64,000 nucleotides of DNA from Octopus sinensis. Lineage: Eukaryota. Positions within the stretch are counted from its first letter, which is position 1. Every line of letters begins with the position of its first letter. The stretch lies in assembly GCF_006345805.1 (NCBI RefSeq), contig NC_042999.1, positions 97,588,001 to 97,652,000 on the forward strand. Direction: 5' to 3'. A program made the translations under genes and the position numbers. Under the pieces are notes generated by a model, which was not told the origin of the DNA, ran no database searches, and saw only the letters and a list, made by a program, of their open reading frames with translations. Shown here piece after piece: positions 25,506-37,270 of this stretch.

Positions 25506-27487
25506 TATATGTACACACAGACAGACAGATAGACAGATAGAAGGCAGTGAGCCGGCAGAATCATGAGCACGCCGGGCGAAATGGTTTGTGGTATTTCGTC
25601 CACTGCTGCATTCTGAGTTCAAATTCCGCTGAGGTCGACTTTGCCTTTCATTCTTTCGGGATCGATAAATTAAGCACCAGTTACGCACTGGGGTCGATGT
25701 AATCGACTTAATCCGTTTGTCTGTCCTTGTTTGTCCCCTCTGTGTTTAGCACCTTGTGGGTAGTAAAGAAACAGGTATTTCGTCTGTCATTACATTCTGT
25801 TTTCAAATCCCGCTAGGTCAACTTTGCCTTTCATCCTTTCGGGGTCGATAAATTAAGTACCAGTTACACACTGGGGTCGATGTAATCAACTTAATCCCTT
25901 TGTCCTTGTTTGTCCCCTCTATGTTTAGACCCTTGTGGGCAATAAAGAAATAAGATAGATAGATAGATATTCATATACATCATCATTTAACGTTTGCTTT
26001 CCATACTGGCATGGATTGGACGGTTTGACAAAGAACCAGCGAGTTGCATCAAGCTCCAATATCATCTTTTGGCATGGTTTCTATAGCCACAATAAACTAA
26101 TACATATACACAAAACAGTACATGAGGCATCGTAGCAGGTGGTAAAAGAACATCTATAGACCACATACACAATGAAACAAAAAGTTCACATACACAATGA
26201 AACAAGTTCTAAAAATGAAAGTCCATTTTTACTAGATTGGAAAGTAAGGAGAGAGAGAGAGGGGGGGTAGGGATAGAGACTGGAAAGAGTGTAGGCTGTC
26301 ACTGTAGGATTGTGCAATACGAGTACAAAGGTTGGGGGTTGTAAAAACACCTGGCCTACTACATCCGTAGGGAGCATCCCTACTACTACTACTACTAACA
26401 TGCACCTGTCTGCAAGACGAGCAACTAACCAAGTTGTTAAAACACTAACAGTCGTACAATACAAAGGACCACCTGTATCTTGTTAATTCGACAAAATATT
26501 TCTTCTGCTACAACATAAGCCTCTATGTAGTAGCTCGACCTACTAGAAATAGCAGTCAAATGTCCCTGAAATCACAGCAATAAAATGGAAAAAGTTTAGC
26601 CATCACTAGTATGAACTGGTAATTTGTACCACGCGTTTGTTAATAGTTTTAGGTTCATTTGTAGGTGAAAGCAGACTAAGACACCCTCGTATCATAGTAT
26701 GGTCGTAAAATATAGAAGTATACAATCGACAAGGTAGATAGGTATTCCTTCAGAGATGGTATCACAAAAGTGAATATGAAATTTATTGTTTTATCTATTT
26801 CTTCGGCAATTTCTATAAAAAAATTCGTTTTTTTTTCAGCTCACACAGACATGTACATACGCAAATATACATACATGCACATAAATACATATACTTACAT
26901 ACACAAATACATAAACATAAGCGATTCGTGAAAACAAAAAATGTATGTGCATTTGTGTGTGTGTGGATGTGACCAATTCGCTCGTGGACGTGGAAGACAA
27001 TGGGTTACATAAGCGTATGCGCGTGTGAATGACTGAGCATTTCATTGTCCAGCTGAATATATATATATATATATATGAAAGAGAAAAAAAATTGCCGATT
27101 TTTATTTTCACTTTCGCGATACCATCTCCGACGGAATGCTGGTAGATTTAGATGTACTTCACCTGGAAAAATTATGAAAGCGTCACGGCTGGAATGTCTT
27201 TGATCATGGGTCCACTCAATAAGGGCAGAACTAGGGCTCAGCAACAACTACTGCTGTTACTACAGATTATGACATCAGATACGGTGAAGCCCTAAGCTAT
27301 AAGATCTTGCAGAGATCTTACGTAGAAATTTTAATCACATTCTGAGTTCAAAGTCCGCCAAAGTAGACTTTGCCTTTCATCCTCTTGGGGTTGCGGGGTC
27401 GATCAAATATGTACCAGTTGAGCACTAGGATCAATGTAATCGACTTACCCACTTGCCTCAAAATTGTTGGCCTTGCACTAAAATTAG

Positions 27488-27489
<2 letters not shown>

Positions 27490-27521
<32 letters not shown>

Positions 27522-28093
27522 GTATGGTGAATTTATGGAAAGAAGCCCCATAAAACTCATCGATTTATTTAAAAATGGAGGAGACAAGTTGTTAAAATAT
27601 ATAAGAAGTTTATTATGAGTCGTCTTTCCATAAATTCACCATACATTATATATACAAGTATTACTTTCATATCTTCGCAAATGTACCCCTGTAAACTACC
27701 AGCAAAATATGAAGAATCAACATTAGAAATCTTTTTTGGAAACCCCCAAATTAAAGGACGAATTTACAACCTTTTTACACCTATATATATATATATATAT
27801 ATAATATATATATATATTATATATATATATATAATGTATGGTGAATTTATGGAAAGAAGCCCCATAAAACTCATCGATTTATTTAAAAATGGAGGAGACA
27901 AGTTGTTAAAATATATAAGAAGTTTATTATGAGTCGTCTTTCCATAAATTCACCATACATTATATATACAAGTATTACTTTCATATCTTCGCAAATGTAC
28001 CCCTGTAAACTACCAGCAAAATATGAAGAATCAACATTAGAAATCTTTTTTGGAAACCCCCAAATTAAAGGACGAATTTACAACCTTTTTACA

Positions 28094-28145
<52 letters not shown>
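27490..28145. repeat. Tandem duplication, 314-bp period, bounded by (TA)n
   Basis: Duplicated ORFs at 27615 and 27929; the unique part is identical between copies. Confidence 0.92.
27512..27654. mobile_element. About 140-bp MITE with perfect 32-bp inverted termini in a (TA)n tract; second copy 314 bp downstream
   Basis: tatatataatgtatggtgaatttatggaaaga (27512-27543) is the exact reverse complement of 27623-27654. Confidence 0.7.
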
Positions 28146-28151
<6 letters not shown>

Positions 28152-28380
28152 CACACACACGACAGGCTTCTTTCAGTTTCCGTCTACCAAATCCACTCAC
28201 AAGGCTTTGGTCAGCCCGAGGCTATAGTAGAAGACACTTGCCCAAGGTGCCACGCGCGCGCGTATATAATAATAATAATAAAGGGTAAAATTAATTAATT
28301 AATAATTTTAACAAGTAGTTCGGTATGTTAAAAGAACCATTATACAAAAATTATATAATTATGCTTATAATTAAAGAATT

Positions 28381-28428
<48 letters not shown>

Positions 28429-28882
28429 CCTTTTTAATTAATTCAGTCTAATTTCAGAGATCTCGAGTTGTTAATTAGGTTAAATCTTATATCTATATAA
28501 CAACAATAATAAAAACTATAACGAATTAAATTGAGACTTTGAGAGGCCCTCCAGCTGTGTGGGTAGTTTAGCTTATACTTAAATCCGATCAATAGCATGC
28601 ATTCTTACATATGCACACACACACACCTCTGTACACCAAATTACTGCTGCCACGTAATTTGTGTGTGTGTGATGTTATTTTTCTTAATTATTTAACTCTG
28701 TTCTATATTTAATTATAGACTAATGTCACAGCTCCAAACATCCCATTTGTTGAGCACTACTCAGATTAAGTAGTCAGAATGTGTGAATGTTCAACAAGCT
28801 GTATATTCACATATACATAACCTTGGATTTCACACACACATACAACTGCTTGTTGCATATTCACATACACATGTAAGCTCAC

Positions 28883-28898
28883 CTTTAAACATCTGCAT
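28883..28898 (-). CDS. Candidate first coding micro-exon of the ASB-family gene (MQMFK, phase 1)
   Basis: ATG CAG ATG TTT AAA G|gtgagc lies next to a (CG)n patch at about 28930-28945. The phase-1 donor joins in frame to the acceptor at 17421 (G|CT ATC CAA ACA ATG). There is no homology support. Confidence 0.35.
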
Positions 28899-29569
28899 TT
28901 TCCGTCATGGATTCAAAACTGTATATTCCCCCCGCGCGCGCGCGTGTGAAATCCGAGATTAAATTAAGATTATTTTAAGCAAGAACAAAACAGTCCCTGA
29001 TGGGGTGACTTAATTTTTAAAATGGACTAAAATTTCCTTTAACTAACTAAAATATGTATGGTTGAGTAAGGTGAATTTTCGAGTCCCAGTCAAAACGATT
29101 AGATACACGTACCTAAGATTGCCGGCGAAGATAAAGAATGCGCACACCAGGTGGCTAGGGTGAGGGTTAGGGGCGAAGATAAAGAATATGCACACCCGGT
29201 GTTTAGGGTTAGTTTTAGGGTTAGGGTTTTTGTTACGCCAAAAACGGGTGGTGTGCGTATTCTTTACTTCCACCAGATCGCCATATACACACGCGCACAC
29301 ATCCAAGTATGTACGTGTCTACACATTTCAAGTTTAGATTTGCTACGTGTATTATCGCACGTTTATTATATCTTCAAATTTAAGCGCTTGTAATCGCGAA
29401 CACATGTAAAGACTCGTTTATTTGTTTAAACACCAGTAACGAAAAATATACACACTAACTTGTTACCAGTAAAATAGAATATATTCACATGATTATATAC
29501 ACCTGAAAACAAGCATATCTTTGTTCTTACGTTTACAAATAATCTTGATACATGGAAAATATTACTAAT

Positions 29570-29850
29570 ATTCTTTGTTTCTTTTTCTTCCGCAAATTGA
29601 ATACGAGTTTGTCCAAAGAAAAAAGAATAGAACTGGTATTACTAAGTGAACGAGAGGGATGGTCATATCGACAGACAGCAGATGCTTTCAATGCACACCA
29701 TCCCAGAAGAACCCTTATTGCCTTTCCCACGGTTAGGAAGTGGTTAACAAATACAAAGAAATAAGCAGTGATTTGGACAAACCCCGTTCTAGCCGACCAA
29801 CTGTAGCGGATAAATCGAAAGAGGCTGTCATGACTAAGATAACCAGACTT
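29570..29850 (+). mobile_element. Tc1/mariner transposase N-terminal fragment
   Basis: SLSKEKRIELVLLSEREGWSYRQTADAFNAHHP..PTVRKW, followed by a degenerate SVxDKPRSxRP motif. Confidence 0.65.
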
Positions 29851-30479
29851 TTCACGGTCACACTGTAGTTAGCATAAACATCTGCTTAACTACAACTGTA
29901 AAATATCATAGTTTCAATCACGAGCGCTTAATTGTGTGTTTGTGGAATCTTTTCTGTTTGGCTGCCACTATTTAATTTCTTCAATTTTGTTCTAATTGAT
30001 TTCAAATTTGAAGCAATTTTGTATGCTCATGATTGGCATGAATTCATTTTCGCCAAAAACCAATTAATAGCTTTTAAAGTTTGCAAATTTGGGGCAATTT
30101 TAACTAAATTTTTCTGGAACAAGTGAATTAGGTCTGAGATTCAGCATGAAAAATTACATCAACACACCAAATTTGAAAATTTTCACTTAATTTTAAAATG
30201 AGATTTTTGAAAAAATTAACACCAGTTTCATGCAGGGTTATTCTGTTCTTACTCCAAAATATATTAACTACTATAGGAGAGATGGTGATAGAATGAGAGT
30301 TACTGGGAGGATGAGAGGCAATTTTCTACCTTACAGTTAATTCATTAACACCTGCTTGAAAGGTGAAGAACTTATTCAAAATTTGATGTTTGTGGTACAT
30401 CAACTCTTTGCACAATTCAGTGTAGAAACTAAGCTCATTATAAACTCCTCTTGTAATTTTTACGTTAAGGTTGCATATC

Positions 30480-30835
30480 TGTAAGTACCAACCCTTTAGC
30501 AACATTCTTTGCCATTAATATATGTAGAATTAGCGGAATCTCTATATTCCCATGTATGGGACATTAGCAACTCAACTATATCCTCTATGATTTCTTCAAA
30601 TTCTATATCATATGCCAGTTTCACAATACCTTTCTGAATATGATATAGACTTTCTACTTGTAGAAAACTTGTAAAGTCATGGATAGAGTCTGACTATATA
30701 TTTTTCCAAACTGAGAGTTTAACTTCGTTCCATGATTCAACTATGTTAACTACAGCATCTATTATGTCAAACTTCTTCCAGAAGTCTTTAACTGTAGGTT
30801 TATTCTTCCTGTCAACTGTTTCCATAAGTTGTTTG
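30480..30835 (-). mobile_element. pogo/Tigger-like transposase C-terminal fragment
   Basis: The minus strand reads KPTVKDFWKKFDIIDAVVNIVESWNEVK, typical of the region following the DDE_1 domain. Confidence 0.6.
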
Positions 30836-31259
30836 AAAGTTTTCAGATAAGATACCTTTGTTGGAGCAAAGAAGTTGTATTCTTGGGGATATATTCTACT
30901 CTCACATTATCAGAAACTTCAATTACTCCTCTTTTAGTAATAGGAGCCTTTTCTTTTCCCTTTTTGTCCTGCAAGTTACATAGAAACCTCACTAATGCCA
31001 GTGGTATGAAAAAAAAAACACCTAGTACACTCTGTAAAGTGGTTGCCATTAGGACGGGCATCCAACTTTAGAAATCATGCCAAAGCTAACATTGGAGTTT
31101 AACACAAACTTGTAGCTCACCAGATCCTGTCAAAGTGTTCAATCCATGCCAACTTGTAAAGTGGACATCATATGACAATGGTGATGATGACTTTAGAATA
31201 TGTGTAAATGTGAAATCATGTAACCTGAAGCAACCAAAATGCAGGGGATGCCAGTGTAT

Positions 31260-31302
<43 letters not shown>

Positions 31303-31689
31303 TGAGCATCCATGGCAAAGTTGTCAAGAATTTCACAAGAATTTCCAAATGACTGAAACAAGTAAAAGAGTAAGAGTAATAGCAATCATGAAGTCCAGGG
31401 TTTGATCCTACTGAGTGACATCTTGTACATGTATCTTCTATATTCATTGCCTGCTTTGCCAACATATTCTGTACTGCACACATTTGATAACTTCCAAAAC
31501 TATCCCCTATCACTCCACTAGGGTCACCACTACACACACATACATGCCAAGTAAGAAACACCAGTCATGCCAGATGAAAAAGGCCACTTGGCTCTAACAA
31601 TGTTCTTTCTATTACCATTAAGCAAAGTGGCTCACAGCTAATTCCCATGTTTACCAAATTGTCTCTTTCTTTGCAGTGGTATATCTATA

Positions 31690-32030
31690 AAAAAAAATGC
31701 TACAATGTGTGCCATTTTCAAGAAGGAAACTCCTAGTCCCTACCAACTACCATCCATTCATACTCACTCTCAACATCTCAAAGGTGATGAAGACAATCAT
31801 TAACAATTGTCTCTGAATCTCTCTTCTCCTTTAATGACCACAAGTATGACTTTTATAAAGCCAGATCTACTGGAAATCTACTCTCCCATATCACTCACTA
31901 ACGGGTTATATTCATGCTCCTAGGAAATTTGTTGCAAACAGTGTTGTTACTTTAAAGCTTTTAACTATGTCTGGCATGTGAATTAATGTCCCACCTATGG
32001 GCTCCATCCATCTCTCATTTCTTGGTTTAT
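31690..32030 (+). mobile_element. L2/CR1/Jockey-group LINE reverse transcriptase fragment
   Basis: Frameshifted A.MCAIFKK..P.NY.P...ISKVM.TII and QYDFYKARSTGNLLSHITH motifs. Confidence 0.55.
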
Positions 32031-32980
32031 CAGCTTGTTGTCATATGGCATGTAATGATGGAGCTCTCTGTGAAACTGTGGTGTGCTGCACCACATCTGT
32101 AGAAATCATCCAAAACCGACAGCAGAGCTTAATGCAGTCTTCTCATTTGCCAGTTTCTATCAGACCCTCCAATCCCTGGCAGCATGGAAAATGGACATTA
32201 AATGCTGCTGCTGATGACAAAAATGTGTGTATGTGTGTGTATTTGATCATCATCATCATCGTTTAACGTCCGTTCTCCATGCTAGCATGAGTTGGACGGT
32301 TCGACCGGGGATCTGGGAAGCCAGAAGGCTGCACCAGGCTCCAGTCTTATCTGGCAATGTTTCTACACATGTGGTTATGTTCATTTCACAACCAAGAGGT
32401 TTCAGGTTCAATTCTACACAGTGATATTTGAACAAGTGTCTTTTACTATAGATCAATCAAAACCCAGTGAATGAAATTAGGTCCATGGAAATTGTGTGAA
32501 AGCCCTTCATCTCTGTAATTCTGTATCACATTGATTCCACCTGAGTATTATATAAAGAGTACAAGCAGGGTTAGATTTATGTATGGGCCAATATGGTCAT
32601 GGCCCAAGGGCTCCCAAGCTTGGAGAGGCCTAAACGTTGGTGAGGGTGAGGGTGTGCCTTTCATTCAGAGAAGTCTAAAGCTTAGAGTTAAAAATTAACA
32701 AATATTTTCACAGTGATCAAATATGTTATTATTTTTATTAATTCTTTTTTTAACCAATAGAGTTCTTTTAAAATTACTGAACTCTCTTTCAATTTATTGG
32801 GTTCTAAAAGTTAGATTTTAAAAACTATTAAATTCAGATGAGTTTCTCTGAATTTACTGGGGCCCTTTTAAGTTTTAGGGCATCTCTTTATTTTATCTTT
32901 TATATTTTACTTGTTTCAGTCATTAGACTGTGGCCATGTTGGGGCACTGCTTTGAAGAATTTTTAGTTGAATGAATGGCC

Positions 32981-33540
32981 AGCAAGACTTCCGCCCATCC
33001 CTCCAAAACCACCCTTTTTAAAAACTTTTTTCTTTTTTCGACACAACCCCCCACCTTTTCGGTTATGGAGAATATGAATCTGCAAAAAAATTGGCAAAAA
33101 TTGACATTTCTAAATTACCACCCCCACCCACCCCCATTTCCTTCATTTTCAACTTTTTTTCAGAATTTTTTTCTCTTAAAATATGCGGAAATATACGGAG
33201 ATTATGATTCTGAAAAAAATTTCCAAAAATCATTGTAAATTTTATTTTTTTTAAGAATTTTTTCTTTTCTAAATATGCGGAAAAATACAAACATCAGGAT
33301 TCGAACAAAAATTTCAAAACATTTCTGTACTTACGATTACGGTTTTAGGGCTAGGGTTAGTGTTGCGGAAAAAAGTTAAAATTGAAAAAGTTGGGGGAAA
33401 GGGGGGTAATTTTTCACAATGCCGATTTTTGGCAATCTTCCAGAACCTCCATATCCGAAAACGGGGATTTTGGCAAAAAAAAATTTTTTAATAAATAAAT
33501 TTAGGATAAAATGGAGGTGGGGGTGGGCGGAAGTCTTACC
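32981..33540. mobile_element. 560-bp MITE with TIRs and 8-bp target-site duplication, inserted in a SINE
   Basis: gaatggcc occurs at 32973-32980 and 33541-33548. Termini are agcaagacttccgccc and gggcggaagtcttacc. The host SINE sequence resumes on both sides. Confidence 0.8.
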
Positions 33541-35275
33541 GAATGGCCTCAGGTGGTTACTTTTTTTAAAGTCTAATACTTATTCTATCCGTCTCTTTTG
33601 CTGAACCGCTAAGTTATGGAGACAAACACACTAACACCAACTGTGAAGCAGTGGCGGGGAACAGTCAACAAACCACACACACACATGGATTTGGTAGACG
33701 AAATCTGAAAGAAGCTCTTTCAGATTACGTCAACCAAATCCACTCACAAGGCTTTGGTCGGCCCAAGACTATAGTAGAAGACGCTTGCCCAAAGTGCTGC
33801 GCAATGGGACTGAACCTGAACCATGCGGTTGGGAAACAAACTTCTTATCACACAGCCAAGATGGCAGTCAACAACAATGCATTATCCAAACAAATGTACA
33901 AGGCAAACCACATGTCAGAGACTTTCGAAGTGCTCGGCGAGCTGGCAGAAACGTTAGCGCGCCGGGCGAAATGATTAGTGGTATTTCGTCTGTCGTTACG
34001 TTGTGAGTTCAAATTCCGCTGAGGTCGACTTTGCCTTTCATCCTTTCGGGGTCGATAAATTAAGTACCAGTTACACACTGGGTCGATGTAATCGACTTAA
34101 TACCTATGTCTGTCCTTGTTTGTCCCCTCTATGTTTAGCCCCTTGTGGGTAATAAAGAAATAGGTACTCATTAAAGTTACGAAATATGCCAAAAAAGTTT
34201 TGGGGGAAAATACAAAATTGATACGAAATTACAAATTTTCTTTGTATTTAGATTATTTACAACGTTATATTTGTTTTTACAATGCCTATTCCTATAGTTT
34301 ACATCTAAACAGCTGAAAATTTCAAACACTAGATTGAAGGGACGCCCAAAAGGGCCCCGCTTGGTCTAAATTCGGCCTTGAGTGCAAGTCTCTATAGATT
34401 ACTTAGTCACTGAGCAGACCGTTCATTTGATCGAACTGGTATACTCATTGCCGAAATCAACAGAGAATCCATTTACATTTAATGTTTTATATATGGGTAT
34501 GTATATTCGTGTGTGTTTATATCTTTACAGCTGCGACACGAGAACTGATGTAGTTGAATATGTGTATTCATAAACAATGCATTATACACACACAGATATT
34601 AGAGTGTAATGTTATGTACTGGTTATATATGGTGGACGGTTACAAAGCACATTATAACAAGGAACGTTTGCGGCGGAGTTTCGGATCAGGGCGCCCACAT
34701 AAATTGGATTTTCTCTTTTTTGACGGGAAATTTTTTTCCAATTTTTTCCCCCCAATCACGGCCCTCGAAGTGATGTGGAGGAAGGGCGTATTTTATGAAA
34801 AGAAATGTTTTGAAAATTTATGACTTTTTTTTCATCTTCCTCGCCTCAACATTTTTCTCCGGGCCGATTTTGGCCAATTTTTTTGGCACTACGCACTTAA
34901 AATCCATGGGAGAAGACTTTTCGGTTAAGAAAATTTAAAAAAAAAAAAATTTTTTTTAAATATACTTTTCAACGAAAAAGTGTGTTATTTAAGAAAGATT
35001 TGACTGTTGCTTCTGGCACATCCCACGACCACCTTCCTCGGTTTTTGTCACTCTGACATGTATCGATGTTTCTCAATATTTTCTTCCCATAAACACGCGT
35101 ATGGTATATATATAATCTATTGAAACCGAAAAAACTTCACAAGCTGTTGTTACTCTGTTTCGCATAACCGATTATAATTACTTTAGCTTTGGTATTCGAG
35201 TACTATTTTCTTCAACTTGTTTTGATCTCGTAGCGTGTATGTGTATGTATGCATGTGTATGTATGTATGTGTATG

Positions 35276-35319
<44 letters not shown>

Positions 35320-36229
35320 CATATACATCCACACACAATCATGTGTCTCGACACGTCCACCGTCAAGGTAAAAAAATGCTTGTGTCTGTTTGTTTGTGGT
35401 GGTAGAGGTATTCTGTGATGATCGATTTTTGTGCTTTAATCAGACTTTTGTGACTTCAAATTGTGCTCTAATGTCTTAAATAAGGAAGCAAGATAATAGA
35501 GCTCTAGATACGTTAAGCCTGAAAAAAAGACTGAGGTGGGGCACACGGCTGGAATGTTTTATATATATATTTTTTTTTATAAATCTGCTTAATCAGAGAC
35601 AACTTGAATCAGAACAACAAAGAAGCGTCTAGTTGGTTGGCCGACCTTCTCGAAATAGCAACCAAATTAATCCTCAAATCGTACCCCCCACCATGTTAAT
35701 AAAAGAACGAGGACACATTAGATCAAGTAGTTCTAGATACAATATACCGGGGGGAAATAAGACAGGGTGGTCAATGTTGGAACACTTTTGATCAGAAGTC
35801 TGTTCAATCATGGTGATCTGAGGTTAAACAAGAACAACATAATATGACATACACACGTCTCACATAAGATTATCCGCGCAGTTCGTAGACAAAATCTTCC
35901 TACAGGTGTGTTTAAAGTCCGTCTGTGTAAGACAGATATCGGGTGAATAGAATAGAAAAATTTTTAATACCTGTTAATATTCGACGAAGTGTGTCACAGC
36001 TGATAACATTAGCGAACAAAGGAAGTCCTAAAAGTTGATTACCAAACACTCACTGGGACTCTTGTTAGAGTGTGAGATTTGACACTTCCCAAACAGACAA
36101 CTGATGAGCTGTGGCAATCCCTTGTTCTCTCTTTTCCGCCTGTCTCATTCAATCATGACGATTTTACTTGTGAAAACTTCTCCAATAAACATGCTTACCT
36201 AAATTGTGATTACATCAAGGTGAGTAAAC

Positions 36230-37270
36230 AAGTCTTCTTTTTTCTCTTTTAGTTTTTCCTCCTCCGCACTTATTCTCTTGTCACGTCTCTCCCCTCTCTA
36301 CTTTTCGTTGTATTATCCTCTCTCTATTACCTTCTCTCTAGGTCATTCACGTTATGCTTTTTTTTATTTTTTCGTTCAGTAAAAATTTCATCTCCTGTCA
36401 GGAGTTTAAGTGACCAATCCGGCTTCTCTCACCCTCCCTTTCTACCTACATTCCTCCCTTACTCATTACCTCCGTTTCTCTTTTCACTCTTTTAACTTCA
36501 TTCTAATATCTTTTTCTTAGTTACCTTTTCTCTCTTCTCCATTCACTTCCCCCCCTACTTTGCTCACTTACCTTCACTCACTTCTTTTTACTTTCCCTCT
36601 CACCCTTCCTCATATTTTTTATTTGTTAACTTCTCTCTCGCTCTTTCTCTTCCCCCTCACTTCTCCTACCTCTACTTCATCTATTATATTCTTTCTTTCT
36701 CTTTCTATCACGTTTTCTTTCTTTTGTTACATTTTCTTTCCCTCTCGTTTCTAGCTCACTTCCTTATTTTTCTCTAGTCTTTCGCACATACTCCACTTTT
36801 CTTCCCCTGTCCTTCTACGTCTCTTTCATTAGTTTTTATTTTCTCACACCCATTACGTGTTTTTCTCCTCTTTTGTATTTTCTTCTTTCTCTTTTCGATC
36901 CTTCTCTTTAATTCATTGCGCTTTATTTTGCCTCTCTTCCTTTGCACTATCCCTCTTATTGCTTTTTCGCTTACTCTTTTTTCGTGTTTCAGTAAAGTGG
37001 TTTTCGCTTTCTCTTACACTTTTTTTGTCTTGTGTTATTTCTTATAACTTCTTTCTCTACAACTGTTTCTTTCGTAATCTAATTTCATTGACCAATACCC
37101 TCAGTATAGTGGTTACTCAGCTTCTATCCAACCAGTTCGCCCTGTTTCTTTCCCAGTTTCGCTATCAACATGTGCCCGCTCTCTTTCTTGGTCACTCTTT
37201 CACTCAGTGTCTTTTTCTCTCTCTTTCCTCTACACATACATACATCCCTCTTTTTTTTAACTCAGCCTCT
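36230..37270. repeat. About 1-kb pyrimidine-rich (CT) low-complexity tract
   Basis: The plus strand is overwhelmingly C/T; its ORF is F/S/L-biased. Confidence 0.8.

Noticed and set aside
27122-27161. Possible 40-nt minus-strand micro-exon in the ASB 5' region
   Set aside because: Weak donor (gtatcg), and it would shift the frame between the candidate first exon and the main exon.
27929-28298. Numerous ORFs rich in YIYIY, THTHT or CVCV here and elsewhere
   Set aside because: Artefacts of (AT)n and (CA)n microsatellites.
36078-36219. Exon-like open frame (DELWQSLVLSFPPVSFNHDDF...) ending at AAG|gtgagt
   Set aside because: The peptide resembles the LWNSLP..FP..YN 3' end of L2/CR1-type LINE ORF2. 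There is no good acceptor and no partner exons.
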